Of a stretch of DNA of 64,000 bases, positions 63,938 to 64,000 are shown one piece after another. This DNA comes from Ginglymostoma cirratum. Taxonomy: Eukaryota. Both the position numbers and the translations under genes were made by a program. The stretch is taken from contig JAHRHZ010000084.1 in the NCBI GenBank assembly GCA_024137785.1, positions 7,031,573 through 7,095,572 on the forward strand, in the 5' to 3' direction. The notes under the pieces were generated by a model that was not told the origin of the DNA, ran no database searches, and saw only the letters and a list, made by a program, of their open reading frames with translations. Within the stretch, counting starts at the first letter, position 1, and each line of letters opens with the position of its first letter.

Positions 63938-64000
63938 GAGATAATAGGTACTGCAGATGTTGGAGAATCCGAGATAACAAGGTGTGGAGCTGGATGAACA
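63938..64000 (-). mobile_element. 3' end (tail plus pLTR) of a Penelope-like element running off the window
   Basis: gagataataggtactgcagatgttggagaatccgagataacaagg, reverse of 32675-32735. Confidence 0.8.

Overview
Vertebrate genomic DNA, most likely from a shark or other cartilaginous fish, judged from HE1-like V-SINEs, SacSINE1/Deu-like SINEs and abundant CR1 and Penelope-like elements. Two spliced genes lie on the minus strand. (1) A complete 13-exon OGFOD1 (CDS 45986->17728, 1641 nt, 546 aa, all introns GT-AG and phase-consistent) with a ZNF143-type motif in its promoter. (2) The 5' part of an immunoglobulin-superfamily gene with leader, germline-joined VJ-type V domain and C1 domain exons (8501->1175), which continues off the left edge. 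It resembles non-rearranging antigen-receptor-like genes (VJ-C1/PRARP, SIRP, NKp30/B7-H6 type). The rest is mostly transposon-derived. The most notable non-coding signal is a set of young Penelope-like insertions, about 85-930 bp, with 13-17 bp target-site duplications, inverted pseudo-LTRs and minimal hammerhead-ribozyme cores, some in sense orientation inside host introns. A local duplication of intronic sequence within the Ig gene is also visible. All coordinates were derived by hand and repeat boundaries are approximate.
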